From a virus (Duplodnaviria > Heunggongvirae > Uroviricota > Caudoviricetes), in the IMG/VR virus record IMGVR_UViG_3300045996_003062, positions 5,551 to 69,550 of that record: a stretch of 64,000 nt of DNA. One strand, 5' to 3'. Position numbers and translations under genes: made by a program. Shown piece by piece: positions 44,825 through 53,496 of this stretch (position 1 is its first letter; each line of letters starts with the position of its first letter). Under the pieces are notes generated by a model, which saw only the letters and a program-made list of their open reading frames with translations, made no database searches and was not told the DNA's origin.

Positions 44825-45178
44825 ATGAGTATCCTCGTGCCCACCGTGACGGTGGAGATGGACAAGCCGCGGACGATGCGGATGGACTACAACGCCCTGG
44901 TCGCGATCAAGAAGCGGACGGGCGTCAACATCCTCGGTGGCGGCTTCGACGTGTCGGACCCGGAGCTTCAGGTCGTACTCATCTGGGCGTTGCTCCGGGC
45001 TGAGGATCCGTCGCTGACCGAGGAGCAGGTAGGCTCCATGCTCCACCTCGGGAACATCGCCGCGGTGTCCGCGAAGGCCACTGAGCTGATGTCGTCCGCG
45101 TTCGCGCCGGCATCCACCGGCGACGCGCCCGCCGCGGAGGTGGCCGAGGCCGCCGACCCTTTGCCCGCCGCGGCCTGA
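44825..45178 (+). CDS. tail assembly chaperone (gpG-like)
   Basis: position before tape measure; frameshift partner downstream. Confidence 0.6.
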   Translation: MSILVPTVTVEMDKPRTMRMDYNALVAIKKRTGVNILGGGFDVSDPELQVVLIWALLRAEDPSLTEEQVGSMLHLGNIAAVSAKATELMSSAFAPASTGDAPAAEVAEAADPLPAAA

Positions 45179-45489
45179 GCCTCGAAGAGACGTGGGCCGT
45201 CGCAGTGTACGACCTGCGTCTCTCCGAGGAAGCGTTCGGGCGAATCACCCCGGTGCTGTTCGCGCAACTGCTGGAGCGTCACGCGCAGGCCCAGCGGGGC
45301 GCGATGCTCCGCGCCGGCCTGGTGGCTGCGGCCGTCATCAACTCGCAGGGCGGGATCAAGGGGCGAGCGGTCACGCCCCAGGAGATGATCGGCGAGGAGG
45401 AGCCCATGCAGGACATCTCCGCGTTCATCGGATTGCTTGAGGCGAACGGGGTAGAGTTGGAGCGGGGCGAGGCGGAGGTGGAAGGATAG
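44825..45489 (+). CDS. tail assembly chaperone GT-like fusion via programmed -1 frameshift
   Basis: slippery heptamer C CCT TTG at 45157-45163 in the zero frame; the -1 frame is open from there into ORF 45205..45489. Confidence 0.5.
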
Positions 45490-45490
45490 A

Positions 45491-45526
45491 AGCGGGGCCG
45501 CAGGCATCGCGCCTGCGGCCCCGCTC
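45491..45526 (+). terminator. perfect 14 bp GC hairpin after the GT stop
   Basis: GCGGGGCCGCAGGC-ATCGC-GCCTGCGGCCCCGC. Confidence 0.45.
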
Positions 45527-45574
45527 CTCTGCAACCATCCTGCCCCGCCAGACCTCACCTTGACTCGCCGTAAC

Positions 45575-45795
45575 AAGCCTTGCCATGCCTGCCCCACCTC
45601 GCCTCTCCATGCCTAGCCGCACCTGCCGAGCCATGCCATGCCTCGCCATGCCGCGCCACGCCTCGCGAGGCCTTGCCTGCCTCGCCGTGCCCCTCCTCAC
45701 CTCACCACGCCAAACCATGCCTAGCCGCGCCTGCCGGCCCTGCCGTGCCTAGACTTACCATGCCCGTCCTCGCCATGCCATGCCTGCCGCGTATC
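45575..45795. repeat. degenerate microsatellite of CCATGCC / GCCTSGCC units
   Basis: at least 9 CCATGCC copies in 220 bp of noncoding DNA between convergent units. Confidence 0.55.
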
Positions 45796-45801
45796 GCCGA
45801 T

Positions 45802-46290
45802 CTACGCTGCTGGGTTCCCTACCCTGTCGATCTCCGCAAAGATGGATGCCAACTCCGACAGGTGCTCGTAGCGCTTCCTCCACTGCTTCGCCTCGTCCAT
45901 CGCCCGGAACACGACCTGGCGGCGCAGGTCCGCGTCCGACATCGCGACGACGGTGGAAGTATATCCGCGCTCCTCGTTCTCCACCACGCTCACGAAGGCG
46001 CGCACCGCCACCGGCGCCGCCTTCGTCTCGGCGCGGTCCACTCGTACGACGACGGAGCGGATGAGTTGGCGCGCCTGCACCTCCCGGTAGCGCTCCGCCG
46101 CCGCGCCGTCGTTCCACTCGAAGCAGGGGTGGAGCGGCGAAGCGATGTCGCGCGCATCCTCGACGACCTGGCCGGGAGCCAGCGAGCCTCCAGCCTCGAC
46201 CCGCAGTGCCTCCAGGCGCTCGCCGATGACCTGCGCGTCGCCGGGAATGCGCGCGTCCGGTTTCCACTCGTATCTGTACACCATCGCCAT
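45802..46290 (-). CDS. moron operon gene 4, hypothetical protein
   Basis: RBS GGAGGG; 3 nt after upstream stop. Confidence 0.55.
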   Translation of the reverse strand: MAMVYRYEWKPDARIPGDAQVIGERLEALRVEAGGSLAPGQVVEDARDIASPLHPCFEWNDGAAAERYREVQARQLIRSVVVRVDRAETKAAPVAVRAFVSVVENEERGYTSTVVAMSDADLRRQVVFRAMDEAKQWRKRYEHLSELASIFAEIDRVGNPAA

Positions 46291-46293
46291 CGG

Positions 46294-46923
46294 TCAGCCC
46301 TCCGCCTCGGTCGCGACGTGAAACATGCCGAAGGAGCCGTCCTTCGCCGGTCGCCACTCGCCGACGCCGATCGCGAAGCCTGCGGTGTTGAACAGGTTCA
46401 CGATCTGCTCCGCGGAAAGGACGCCGGCGTTGTGGCGGACCGGGAGGACGACAGACCACGCCTTGAACTCCGCGCGGTGGCGGATGTCGGCCGTCCCCAT
46501 CCCGATGCGGACCATGTCCTCGCGAATCTCGGGAGATCCGTGGATCTCCACAAACTCGCCGGTGACGTGGAACGCGCCGCGCGCTTGGACCTTCGTGACG
46601 CCCTCGATGTGCGAGCACGCGTCCACCGCCGCGGCCTTGAAGCCGACCACCGGGAAGCCGAAGCGCGCGGCCGCGACGTCCTCCGGGCTCGGGTTCGCGG
46701 GACGCGGGCTCAGCCAGTACAGCGAGTCGCAGTAGTCGCGGAACGGGTCCTTGGCCTCCTTCGCTGCCTTCGCCTTCTTCATCTGCTTGTCCAGCATCAT
46801 CTTCTTCGCCTTGTCGCTCCATGCGTGCACGATCAGCGGCGAGTCGCCGACGAGCTTGATGTGCAGCGTGCGCAGGTCCAGCCTGGGGAGTTCGATCGAC
46901 TCGGCCTGAGGGATACGTGCCAT
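46294..46923 (-). CDS. moron operon gene 3, hypothetical protein
   Basis: start MARIPQ with RBS GAGAGG; track ORF 46294..46992. Confidence 0.55.
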   Translation of the reverse strand: MARIPQAESIELPRLDLRTLHIKLVGDSPLIVHAWSDKAKKMMLDKQMKKAKAAKEAKDPFRDYCDSLYWLSPRPANPSPEDVAAARFGFPVVGFKAAAVDACSHIEGVTKVQARGAFHVTGEFVEIHGSPEIREDMVRIGMGTADIRHRAEFKAWSVVLPVRHNAGVLSAEQIVNLFNTAGFAIGVGEWRPAKDGSFGMFHVATEAEG

Positions 46924-47017
46924 GTGCGTGACCTCTCGTGAGTATGGGGGGAGAACGATGCAGGGATACGCGCCGGAAAGCAATGGCTCCACCGGGGCGC
47001 ATCCCTGCGATGGTTGC

Positions 47018-47434
47018 CTACCGCAGCACCGCGGCGAGATCGAACTTCCCGTCGTGGTCTAGCCGCAGGTCCTGACGGAGCGAGTCCAACGCGGCGCAGA
47101 CGAGCGCGTCGTGGTCCGCCTCCAGCCGGGTGTCGGTCGACAGCGACACGAGCGCGCAGACCCGTCCCGCGAAGACCCCCCACTTCTCGTTCCACTCGTT
47201 GTCCTTCGCCCAGTTGGCGCGGAGCCCGTCCCGGAGGCCGTGCCAGTCGTCGCGGAGCTGCGTCCACGTCGGCTGGATGTGCTCAGTCATCTGCGGCGGA
47301 TCGGTCTCGCCGTCCACCCGCACCCGGTCCGCCATCGCGAAGAACGGGGCGAGCCGGGCGTCCACGTACAGAACCGCCGCGGCGGAGACCGGCATCCCCT
47401 CGGCGCTCGCCGCCTTCCAGTCGCCGCGGCTCAT
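47018..47434 (-). CDS. moron operon gene 2, hypothetical protein
   Basis: start MSRGDW with RBS GGAGGG; ATGA overlap with gene 1. Confidence 0.55.
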   Translation of the reverse strand: MSRGDWKAASAEGMPVSAAAVLYVDARLAPFFAMADRVRVDGETDPPQMTEHIQPTWTQLRDDWHGLRDGLRANWAKDNEWNEKWGVFAGRVCALVSLSTDTRLEADHDALVCAALDSLRQDLRLDHDGKFDLAAVLR

Positions 47435-47598
47435 CGGACGCCCTCCGCGTCGGCGTCCATGCACCACCCGCAGACCCCCGCCGGCTCCCCCGCAACGACC
47501 GTGGCGAACATCGGCTCCCACTCCCGCATCTCACGCGCGCAGATGTAGCACGTCGCCTCCGTGCCCGCCTTGCGCTCCACCACTACCGCTGCGCTCAT
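47431..47598 (-). CDS. moron operon gene 1, small zinc-ribbon protein
   Basis: CYIC...CGWC; RBS GGAGGG. Confidence 0.5.
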   Translation of the reverse strand: MSAAVVVERKAGTEATCYICAREMREWEPMFATVVAGEPAGVCGWCMDADAEGVR

Positions 47599-47738
47599 GT
47601 GCACCCTCCGGCTGTTGACCCGGCCGACGGCGAGGGCGAGATTGAGCACGCCGGGCCTTCGGGTCTGGTGAGTTTGGGGGAGTCGGCGCGTGTCTCTTGG
47701 AGGGGATGTCGCGTCGGCTCCCTTGTTCTTCCTCGCTC

Positions 47739-47790
47739 GTGTCAATATACTCTATAGACAGAGCGTGTCAATAGCCACAGTAGACAGGCA
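47739..47790. promoter_or_regulatory. divergent promoter/operator; lowest-GC patch of the window
   Basis: minus strand TTGACA-N16-TATATT (-35 at 47766-47771, -10 at 47744-47749); + strand TATACT at 47746-47751; two 26 bp direct repeats starting GTGTCAATA at 47739 and 47765. Confidence 0.5.
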
Positions 47791-48012
47791 ATGGAATTCC
47801 GCGAGGCGGTGGCAGTGCTGGGCCAGACGGTCACAACGGCCGAGATTGCGGATGCAGCCGGGGTCTCGGTGGACTCCGTCCGCCAGGCGAGGCTGAGGCC
47901 GGGAGGGTCTGGCTATCGACCTCCTCCGCAAGGATGGAGGGATGTCGTCATCCGGCTCGCGGAGGAACGAATCCGGCGGCTGGAGCAACTGGTGAAGGAG
48001 CTGAGGGGCTAA
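47791..48012 (+). CDS. small HTH regulator
   Basis: TTAEIADAAGVSVDSVRQARL. Confidence 0.5.
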   Translation: MEFREAVAVLGQTVTTAEIADAAGVSVDSVRQARLRPGGSGYRPPPQGWRDVVIRLAEERIRRLEQLVKELRG

Positions 48013-48105
48013 CGCCCTTCGGCTCCTTTTCGCTTGCGAAACTGTCGCGAGAGGCGCTACCGTGTGAGCCCCTAGGAGCGCAGTGTCCCCTCCCCCCTCC
48101 GCCTC

Positions 48106-48810
48106 ATGCGCCGCTACCTGCTCGCCGCCATCGCTGCCGCCTCGCCGCTTCTCACCTCGTGCGCCATGGGCGCGCACGGCGCAAGATACGAATTGTCGCT
48201 CCAACGGGTGGAGCGGCCGGCTGACGCGACCGCGCAGTACGGCGCCCAGCGCGTGGACCGAATCGCAGATGCGGCAGGTAGGCAGTTCCGCTTCTCGGAC
48301 GACGTGGTCGAGGTCGAGTGGACCGTGACCAGCGAACGCATCGGGCTTCGCCTCAGAAACAAGTCCGACCACAGCATCCGAGTCCTCTGGGACAACGCTG
48401 CATACGTGAGCCCGGATGGCGTAAGCCACCGTGTTATGCACACGGGCGTGCCTTACGCATCCCGGAACGAGCCGCAGCCGCCAAGCGTCGTGGTTCGGGG
48501 AGGCGAGATCCGCGACGAGATCGTCCCCACCGACTATGTGTTCCTTGCAACCGCCGTGAACTGGGAGACACGTCCGTTCCTGCAACTTGTCGGCGGCAAT
48601 CCCGAGAAGCAGTCAGAGGCCCTGGTCGGCAGGACGGTGCGGGTACTGCTCCCGCTGGAGATTCGGGGCGTTCAGAACGACTACCTGTTCACGTTCGGCA
48701 TCGACCGCGTATGCTTCTGGCCGCCGAGGTACGACGCGCTCGGTCGTATGTTCGTTCCAGAGCCGAAGAACCAGAAGTGCGTACCTGCGGTTGCGGCGGA
48801 CAAGGCGTAG
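48106..48810 (+). CDS. lipoprotein
   Basis: signal peptide with lipobox LLTSC. Confidence 0.6.
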   Translation: MRRYLLAAIAAASPLLTSCAMGAHGARYELSLQRVERPADATAQYGAQRVDRIADAAGRQFRFSDDVVEVEWTVTSERIGLRLRNKSDHSIRVLWDNAAYVSPDGVSHRVMHTGVPYASRNEPQPPSVVVRGGEIRDEIVPTDYVFLATAVNWETRPFLQLVGGNPEKQSEALVGRTVRVLLPLEIRGVQNDYLFTFGIDRVCFWPPRYDALGRMFVPEPKNQKCVPAVAADKA

Positions 48811-48904
48811 CAGCCTTAGGGCGCTCGGCTCGACCGCGGCGACCGCGAAGTGTGCGCAGCAGCCAGAATGGCTCGGTGGAAATCCCGTCACCCCAGGGCC
48901 CAAC

Positions 48905-49240
48905 GTGAGGACTCGCCACCTGCTGCTTGCTGTCGCAGTGTGCCCGCTAGTCGCATCCGGATGCGCAGGCCTCGGTGACATCTCGGCGGCTCCGGACGTC
49001 GCCGCTGCCCAGGAAGCCTGTAACAAGGAAGTCACGTCACGCTTACTCGCTCCTTCGCAGGCCGTGGTCCAGCCGGACCCGCTCCGGCTGCGGGAGCCGT
49101 ATGACAACGAGAACGTGTACAGATCCTCGTTCTACGTGGATGCTCCGAACGCGTACGGAGTGATGCTCCGCTCCCGGCATTCGTGCGTCGCCGTTGCCGA
49201 AGAAGACGGATGGTACGTTGTGTCCGTGAAGGATGAGTGA
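48905..49240 (+). CDS. lipoprotein
   Basis: GTG start; lipobox LVASGC. Confidence 0.5.
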   Translation: MRTRHLLLAVAVCPLVASGCAGLGDISAAPDVAAAQEACNKEVTSRLLAPSQAVVQPDPLRLREPYDNENVYRSSFYVDAPNAYGVMLRSRHSCVAVAEEDGWYVVSVKDE

Positions 49241-49249
49241 ACCTTCCCG

Positions 49250-49370
49250 TTGAGCCGGCGGCGCAGATGTAGTAGATTACAAGCCATAGGGGCGCAGGCC
49301 CCGTGACGGACCCGTACGTGGGGGCCGTGCTGGAATCTTCGGATTCCGGCACGGCCCTTTTCGCGTTTCT
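49250..49370 (+). promoter_or_regulatory. repeated late promoter-like plus structured leader element, copy 2
   Basis: TTGAGC-N17-TAGATT, then the same CAAGCCATAGGGG...CGTGACGGACCCGTACGTGGGGGCCGTG box and UUCG hairpin as copy 1. Confidence 0.45.
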
Positions 49371-49372
49371 AC

Positions 49373-52300
49373 ATGCGGACCATGGCAAATCCCACGCTCC
49401 TCATTCGCATCGCAGGCGACATCGCAGACCTCCAGCGGAAGACGCAGGAGGCGAACGCGCTGGTTGCCAACGTCGCGACGCGGATGCAGCAGATGGGTAC
49501 GCAGATGACCGCCGCACTGAGCGTTCCGCTCATCGCGCTCGGGGCCATCTCGGTGCGCTCCGCGGTCCAGGTGGAGTCCGCGTTCAACGCAGTGAAGAAG
49601 ACGACGGGCCAGAGCGCCGAGGAAATCCAAGCGCTCAAGGTTGCGTTCAAGGAAATGAGCGAGGGGTTCGCTGTCCAAGGGGGCGTAAAGCAACTCGCCT
49701 CCATCGCAGCGACGGCCGGGCAGCTTAACGTCGCCGCTCAGTTCATGGAGGAGTTTGTCCAGACGACGGCGAGGCTGGATGTTGCGGTCGAATCGCTGAG
49801 CGCAGAGGAAGCGGCCACGGGGCTCGCGCAGTTCGCGAACATCACGCGGACGTCACAAGCCGAGTTCGACAACCTCGCCTCGGCGCTTGTCGACCTTGGC
49901 AACAACGGCGCGTCCACTGAACGCGCCATCATGGACATGGGTCTGCGGCTGGCCGGCGCGGGCGCTCAGGTCGGCATGTCGCAGGGCCAGATCCTCGGCT
50001 TTGCCAACGCTTTGGCGTCAGTGGGGATTGAGGCGGAGAGCGGCGGCAGCGCGTTCAGCCGCTTGTTCGCTGAGATCGGGAGCGCAGCCGCCAGCGGCGG
50101 AAAGCAACTGGAGAAGTTCGCCCGTGTCGCTGGGACTCCGACGGCTGCATTCCGGGAGTTGGCGAAGACGGATTCGGCCGCGGCAGTCATCGCCTTCGTG
50201 GAAGGCCTGAAGCGGTTGAAGGATCAGGGTGAAAACGTCTTCGCGGTCTTGGAGAACCTAGGCATCTCGGAGATCCGGATGCGGGACGCGCTCCTCCGCG
50301 CGGCGGGCGCAGGCGACCTCCTCCGCGAGAGCGTAGAGCGTGGTTCGCGTGCGTACGCGGAGAACACCGCGCTGGCGAAAGAGGCGGACCAGGCGAACCA
50401 GAGCACGGCGGCGCAGTTCCAGCGACTCCGGAATGCGGCGGAGAACGTGGTCGCGGAGTTCGGCGAGGGGCTTCTCCCTGCGTTCCGTACGATGATCGAA
50501 GTGCTGCGGGCCGCGGTCGAGCCGCTTCGCGCGGTCATGGCCGGGTTCGGGGCGTTGCCAGAGTGGGTTAAGGGCACGACCGTAGCCGTAGCTGCCCTCG
50601 CGGTCGCGATCGGCCCTGCGATGCTGGCGGTCTCCGGACTCGCCCGCGCCATGCTGGTCCTGCAAACTGCTGCGGCGGTCGCGACGGTCGGCATGGCGGG
50701 ATTCCGTAACGTCATCGCAGCCGTGTCACTGGTGTCGTCAATCCGCTCCGCAGCCGATGCAACGGCCCTGCTAAAAATGTCGCTGGGCGGGCTCGCCGGT
50801 CTCGTCTCGCCCGGCGGGCTAGTGATGGTGGGGCTCGCCGCCCTCGCAGTTCTTTTCGTGAACGCGGGCCGCCGCGCGCAGGAAGCTGCACGCGCCGCTC
50901 AGGAGGCCGCAGATAAGTTCCGCACCGCCTTGGCGGGTATGGGGCTGGCATCCATTCACATCGAGTTGGATGTCAAATACGAACGCCGGAAAACTCTCCG
51001 CTCGGCCTTGCCCCAGCGCATGGCTGAACAGGAGGCCGAGGATGCACGCATGGCCGGCGCCAGGGCGCGCGCCGGCCGCGGCGCCGTATCGCTTGAGGAC
51101 TCGCCTGAGGCGCGGGAGAGACGCAAGTGGATCGCAGACTCTCTGGAGGAACTACAGAGACTCGACCGCGAGATCAACGAGTTGAACGAGCGGGCGGTGG
51201 CGATTGGGGTGGAGGAAGAGAAGCTCCGCGCCGTCGTCGGAGCCGGACCCGCGTCGGGGCTGGACACCGTCACGGAGGGCACGGAGAAGAAGAAGCAGCC
51301 GTACGAGGACCTTCGACGCCGCATTGAGGGGACGGCCGAGGCGTTGCAGTACCTGCGCACCAAGGTGCGCGAAACGAGCGATTACGCGCAGATGGTGGAG
51401 GCGCTTGACACGCTTACCGCCGCGCAGGCGGAGGCGGCCAAGGAAGCGAGCCGCCACGGCCTTGCGATTACCGACGAGGCGCGCGCCGCTCGACAACTCG
51501 CCACGGCCGCGCGGGAGGCCGCCGCGGGAGCCGGGATGGCGCCGGACTTCACGCTCCAGAACAGCTTCGGAGTCAAGCCGCCGACCGCGTTCATCGATCC
51601 CGACGAGTACCGTCGTAGGTTCGGCGTCCCCGCGCTCCAAGACGCGTCAGACGCAGCCGAGCTCTTCGACCAGCGCTTGGAAGAGTTGGCCCAGCGGGTG
51701 CGCGGGCTTTCGTCCTTGGGCCGGGTGTTTGGAGCCTTCGGCAACTCCCTCGCGAGGGTCGCCGACGATGCGGCCAACCTCATCTCAGGATTCAAAGACC
51801 TCGGGAGTGTCGGCGGTGGCGTGACTGGCATCCCGTCGATGACTGAGTTGCTGACCAGCGGTCCCGGCTTGCAGGTGATGGGTGCCATTGGGTCGCTGGC
51901 AAGCGGGCTGCTCGGAAGCATGTTCGGGGAGTCGGAGGCAGAGCGCGAGCGGAACAACCTGATGCGCCAGAACAACCAGGCGCTGAAGGATCTGACCGCC
52001 CGCGCCGCCGGGCTGATGGTGTCCGGCAACTCGCTCGTCGCCGCGCGCGGCGCCCTCGGCGGCGTCACCGCGTCGGGCCTGAGCAGCCTGAAGGGGCTGG
52101 GCCTGGGCGCCGTCAACGGGTCGAATCAGCGGGCGTTCCTTGAAGGGATCGGGATGTCGCTGGCGCAGCTCAAGCTCATCGCGGAGAGCGCCGGCATCAC
52201 GATCGTGGACGAGCAGGGCCGGCTCATTGGGGCAGCGCTGAAGCAGCTCGGGGAGGCGATTGGGCCGCTGATCGACACACTCACGAAGTTCAACAAGAAC

Positions 52301-52975
52301 AGCTTTGCGGACCTCACGACGCTCGCCGACGCGCGCGCCCAGATCTACGGGACGGCGGACGACCCGATGGCGGCGTTGCAGGCGCAGCTCGCCACGTTCG
52401 AGGCGGTGGCGGGTGGGGCTGCGGGCGCGTTCGGTCTGGACGACGCGCTCGCAAGCTCCGCAGAGGGACGCGCCGCCATCCAGGAGGGGATCAAGCAGCT
52501 CTTCGAGATGATCGCCAGCAACACGCTGACGCCGGAGATGCTGGGCGGGTTCACTTCGGTCCAGGAGATGTTGCAGGCGTTGCTCGGCGTGAACACGGCG
52601 CTTGGCGGCCTGGCCGACGCGGCAGGCAAGGCGGCGGGGTCGATGCAGAACGTCGCGTCCGGCTTCAAGTACCAACTCCGCGCATTCCAGGCGATGGATG
52701 CTCGGATCATCGGTGGCGCTGCGCCGACGATGCCGCCTCCGTTCACGGGCGCAGCGCCCGTGGGGGGACGGACGCCCACGTCTCGCCCGCGTACGGGGGA
52801 GACGGGCGGAGCGCTTACGCTGAATGGTGGCCTGACGGTCAACGTCGTCGCGCCGGCAGGCAGCGACCCGGACGCGTTCGCGCGCGCCATCTACCCGGCG
52901 CTCCGCCGTGAGATCGTGTCGAAGGCGGCGAGCCGCGGGCGTCGGGCCCAAGAGATCGCCGAAGCACTTCCCTGA
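49373..52975 (+). CDS. tail tape measure protein
   Basis: 1200 aa, Ala-rich coiled-coil, directly after G/GT region. Confidence 0.85.
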   Translation: MRTMANPTLLIRIAGDIADLQRKTQEANALVANVATRMQQMGTQMTAALSVPLIALGAISVRSAVQVESAFNAVKKTTGQSAEEIQALKVAFKEMSEGFAVQGGVKQLASIAATAGQLNVAAQFMEEFVQTTARLDVAVESLSAEEAATGLAQFANITRTSQAEFDNLASALVDLGNNGASTERAIMDMGLRLAGAGAQVGMSQGQILGFANALASVGIEAESGGSAFSRLFAEIGSAAASGGKQLEKFARVAGTPTAAFRELAKTDSAAAVIAFVEGLKRLKDQGENVFAVLENLGISEIRMRDALLRAAGAGDLLRESVERGSRAYAENTALAKEADQANQSTAAQFQRLRNAAENVVAEFGEGLLPAFRTMIEVLRAAVEPLRAVMAGFGALPEWVKGTTVAVAALAVAIGPAMLAVSGLARAMLVLQTAAAVATVGMAGFRNVIAAVSLVSSIRSAADATALLKMSLGGLAGLVSPGGLVMVGLAALAVLFVNAGRRAQEAARAAQEAADKFRTALAGMGLASIHIELDVKYERRKTLRSALPQRMAEQEAEDARMAGARARAGRGAVSLEDSPEARERRKWIADSLEELQRLDREINELNERAVAIGVEEEKLRAVVGAGPASGLDTVTEGTEKKKQPYEDLRRRIEGTAEALQYLRTKVRETSDYAQMVEALDTLTAAQAEAAKEASRHGLAITDEARAARQLATAAREAAAGAGMAPDFTLQNSFGVKPPTAFIDPDEYRRRFGVPALQDASDAAELFDQRLEELAQRVRGLSSLGRVFGAFGNSLARVADDAANLISGFKDLGSVGGGVTGIPSMTELLTSGPGLQVMGAIGSLASGLLGSMFGESEAERERNNLMRQNNQALKDLTARAAGLMVSGNSLVAARGALGGVTASGLSSLKGLGLGAVNGSNQRAFLEGIGMSLAQLKLIAESAGITIVDEQGRLIGAALKQLGEAIGPLIDTLTKFNKNSFADLTTLADARAQIYGTADDPMAALQAQLATFEAVAGGAAGAFGLDDALASSAEGRAAIQEGIKQLFEMIASNTLTPEMLGGFTSVQEMLQALLGVNTALGGLADAAGKAAGSMQNVASGFKYQLRAFQAMDARIIGGAAPTMPPPFTGAAPVGGRTPTSRPRTGETGGALTLNGGLTVNVVAPAGSDPDAFARAIYPALRREIVSKAASRGRRAQEIAEALP

Positions 52976-52982
52976 CCGCGGG

Positions 52983-53122
52983 TTGAGCCGTGGCGGCAAA
53001 CGTTGTAAGTTTGTCGCAGCAGCAGAATCGACCGCGATAGCGCCTTCGGGCGCGTGACGGACCTGTACGTGGGGGCCGTGGCTTCATCGGAGACGATGGG
53101 GCTACGGCCCATTTCGCGTTCC
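52983..53122 (+). promoter_or_regulatory. repeated late promoter-like plus structured leader element, copy 3 (diverged hairpin)
   Basis: TTGAGC-N17-TAAGTT, then CGTGACGGACCTGTACGTGGGGGCCGTG and an imperfect hairpin. Confidence 0.4.
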
Positions 53123-53146
53123 CCTTCCCCACTGGTGGTGTCGCCG

Positions 53147-53491
53147 ATGCCGGCCCTTGTTGTCGCCGCGCTCACGATCCCCGTCGCCGCTGACGGGGGG
53201 TTCCGCCTCTCGTTCAGCACGACGGGGGGCGTCACCGTGGCGTTCGACAACTCCGCGCTGTCCGACCAGGCCAACTACAAGCGGCAGTGGGAGGTGACGA
53301 CGCGCCTCCTCACCGCCGCCGAGTATGCGCCCATCGTGGCCGCCTTGCAGGGCACGCCGCCCCTCACGTGCTCCGGCGACCTGCTGGGCGGATCGGTGTC
53401 GTGCGTCCCCACGCTTGGCACGGTGGACATCCGGCCGATGGGGAACAGCGTCGTCCGCTACGTCCTCTCCTTCACCCTGCGGGAGGCGTAG
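53147..53491 (+). CDS. minor tail protein
   Basis: internal ATG downstream of copy 3. Confidence 0.4.
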   Translation: MPALVVAALTIPVAADGGFRLSFSTTGGVTVAFDNSALSDQANYKRQWEVTTRLLTAAEYAPIVAALQGTPPLTCSGDLLGGSVSCVPTLGTVDIRPMGNSVVRYVLSFTLREA

Positions 53492-53496
53492 CCCCC

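Noticed and set aside
45575-45795. Possible CRISPR array
   Set aside because: Repeat units are 7-12 bp, irregular and directly abutting, with no unique spacers of 25-40 bp. No cas genes are nearby.
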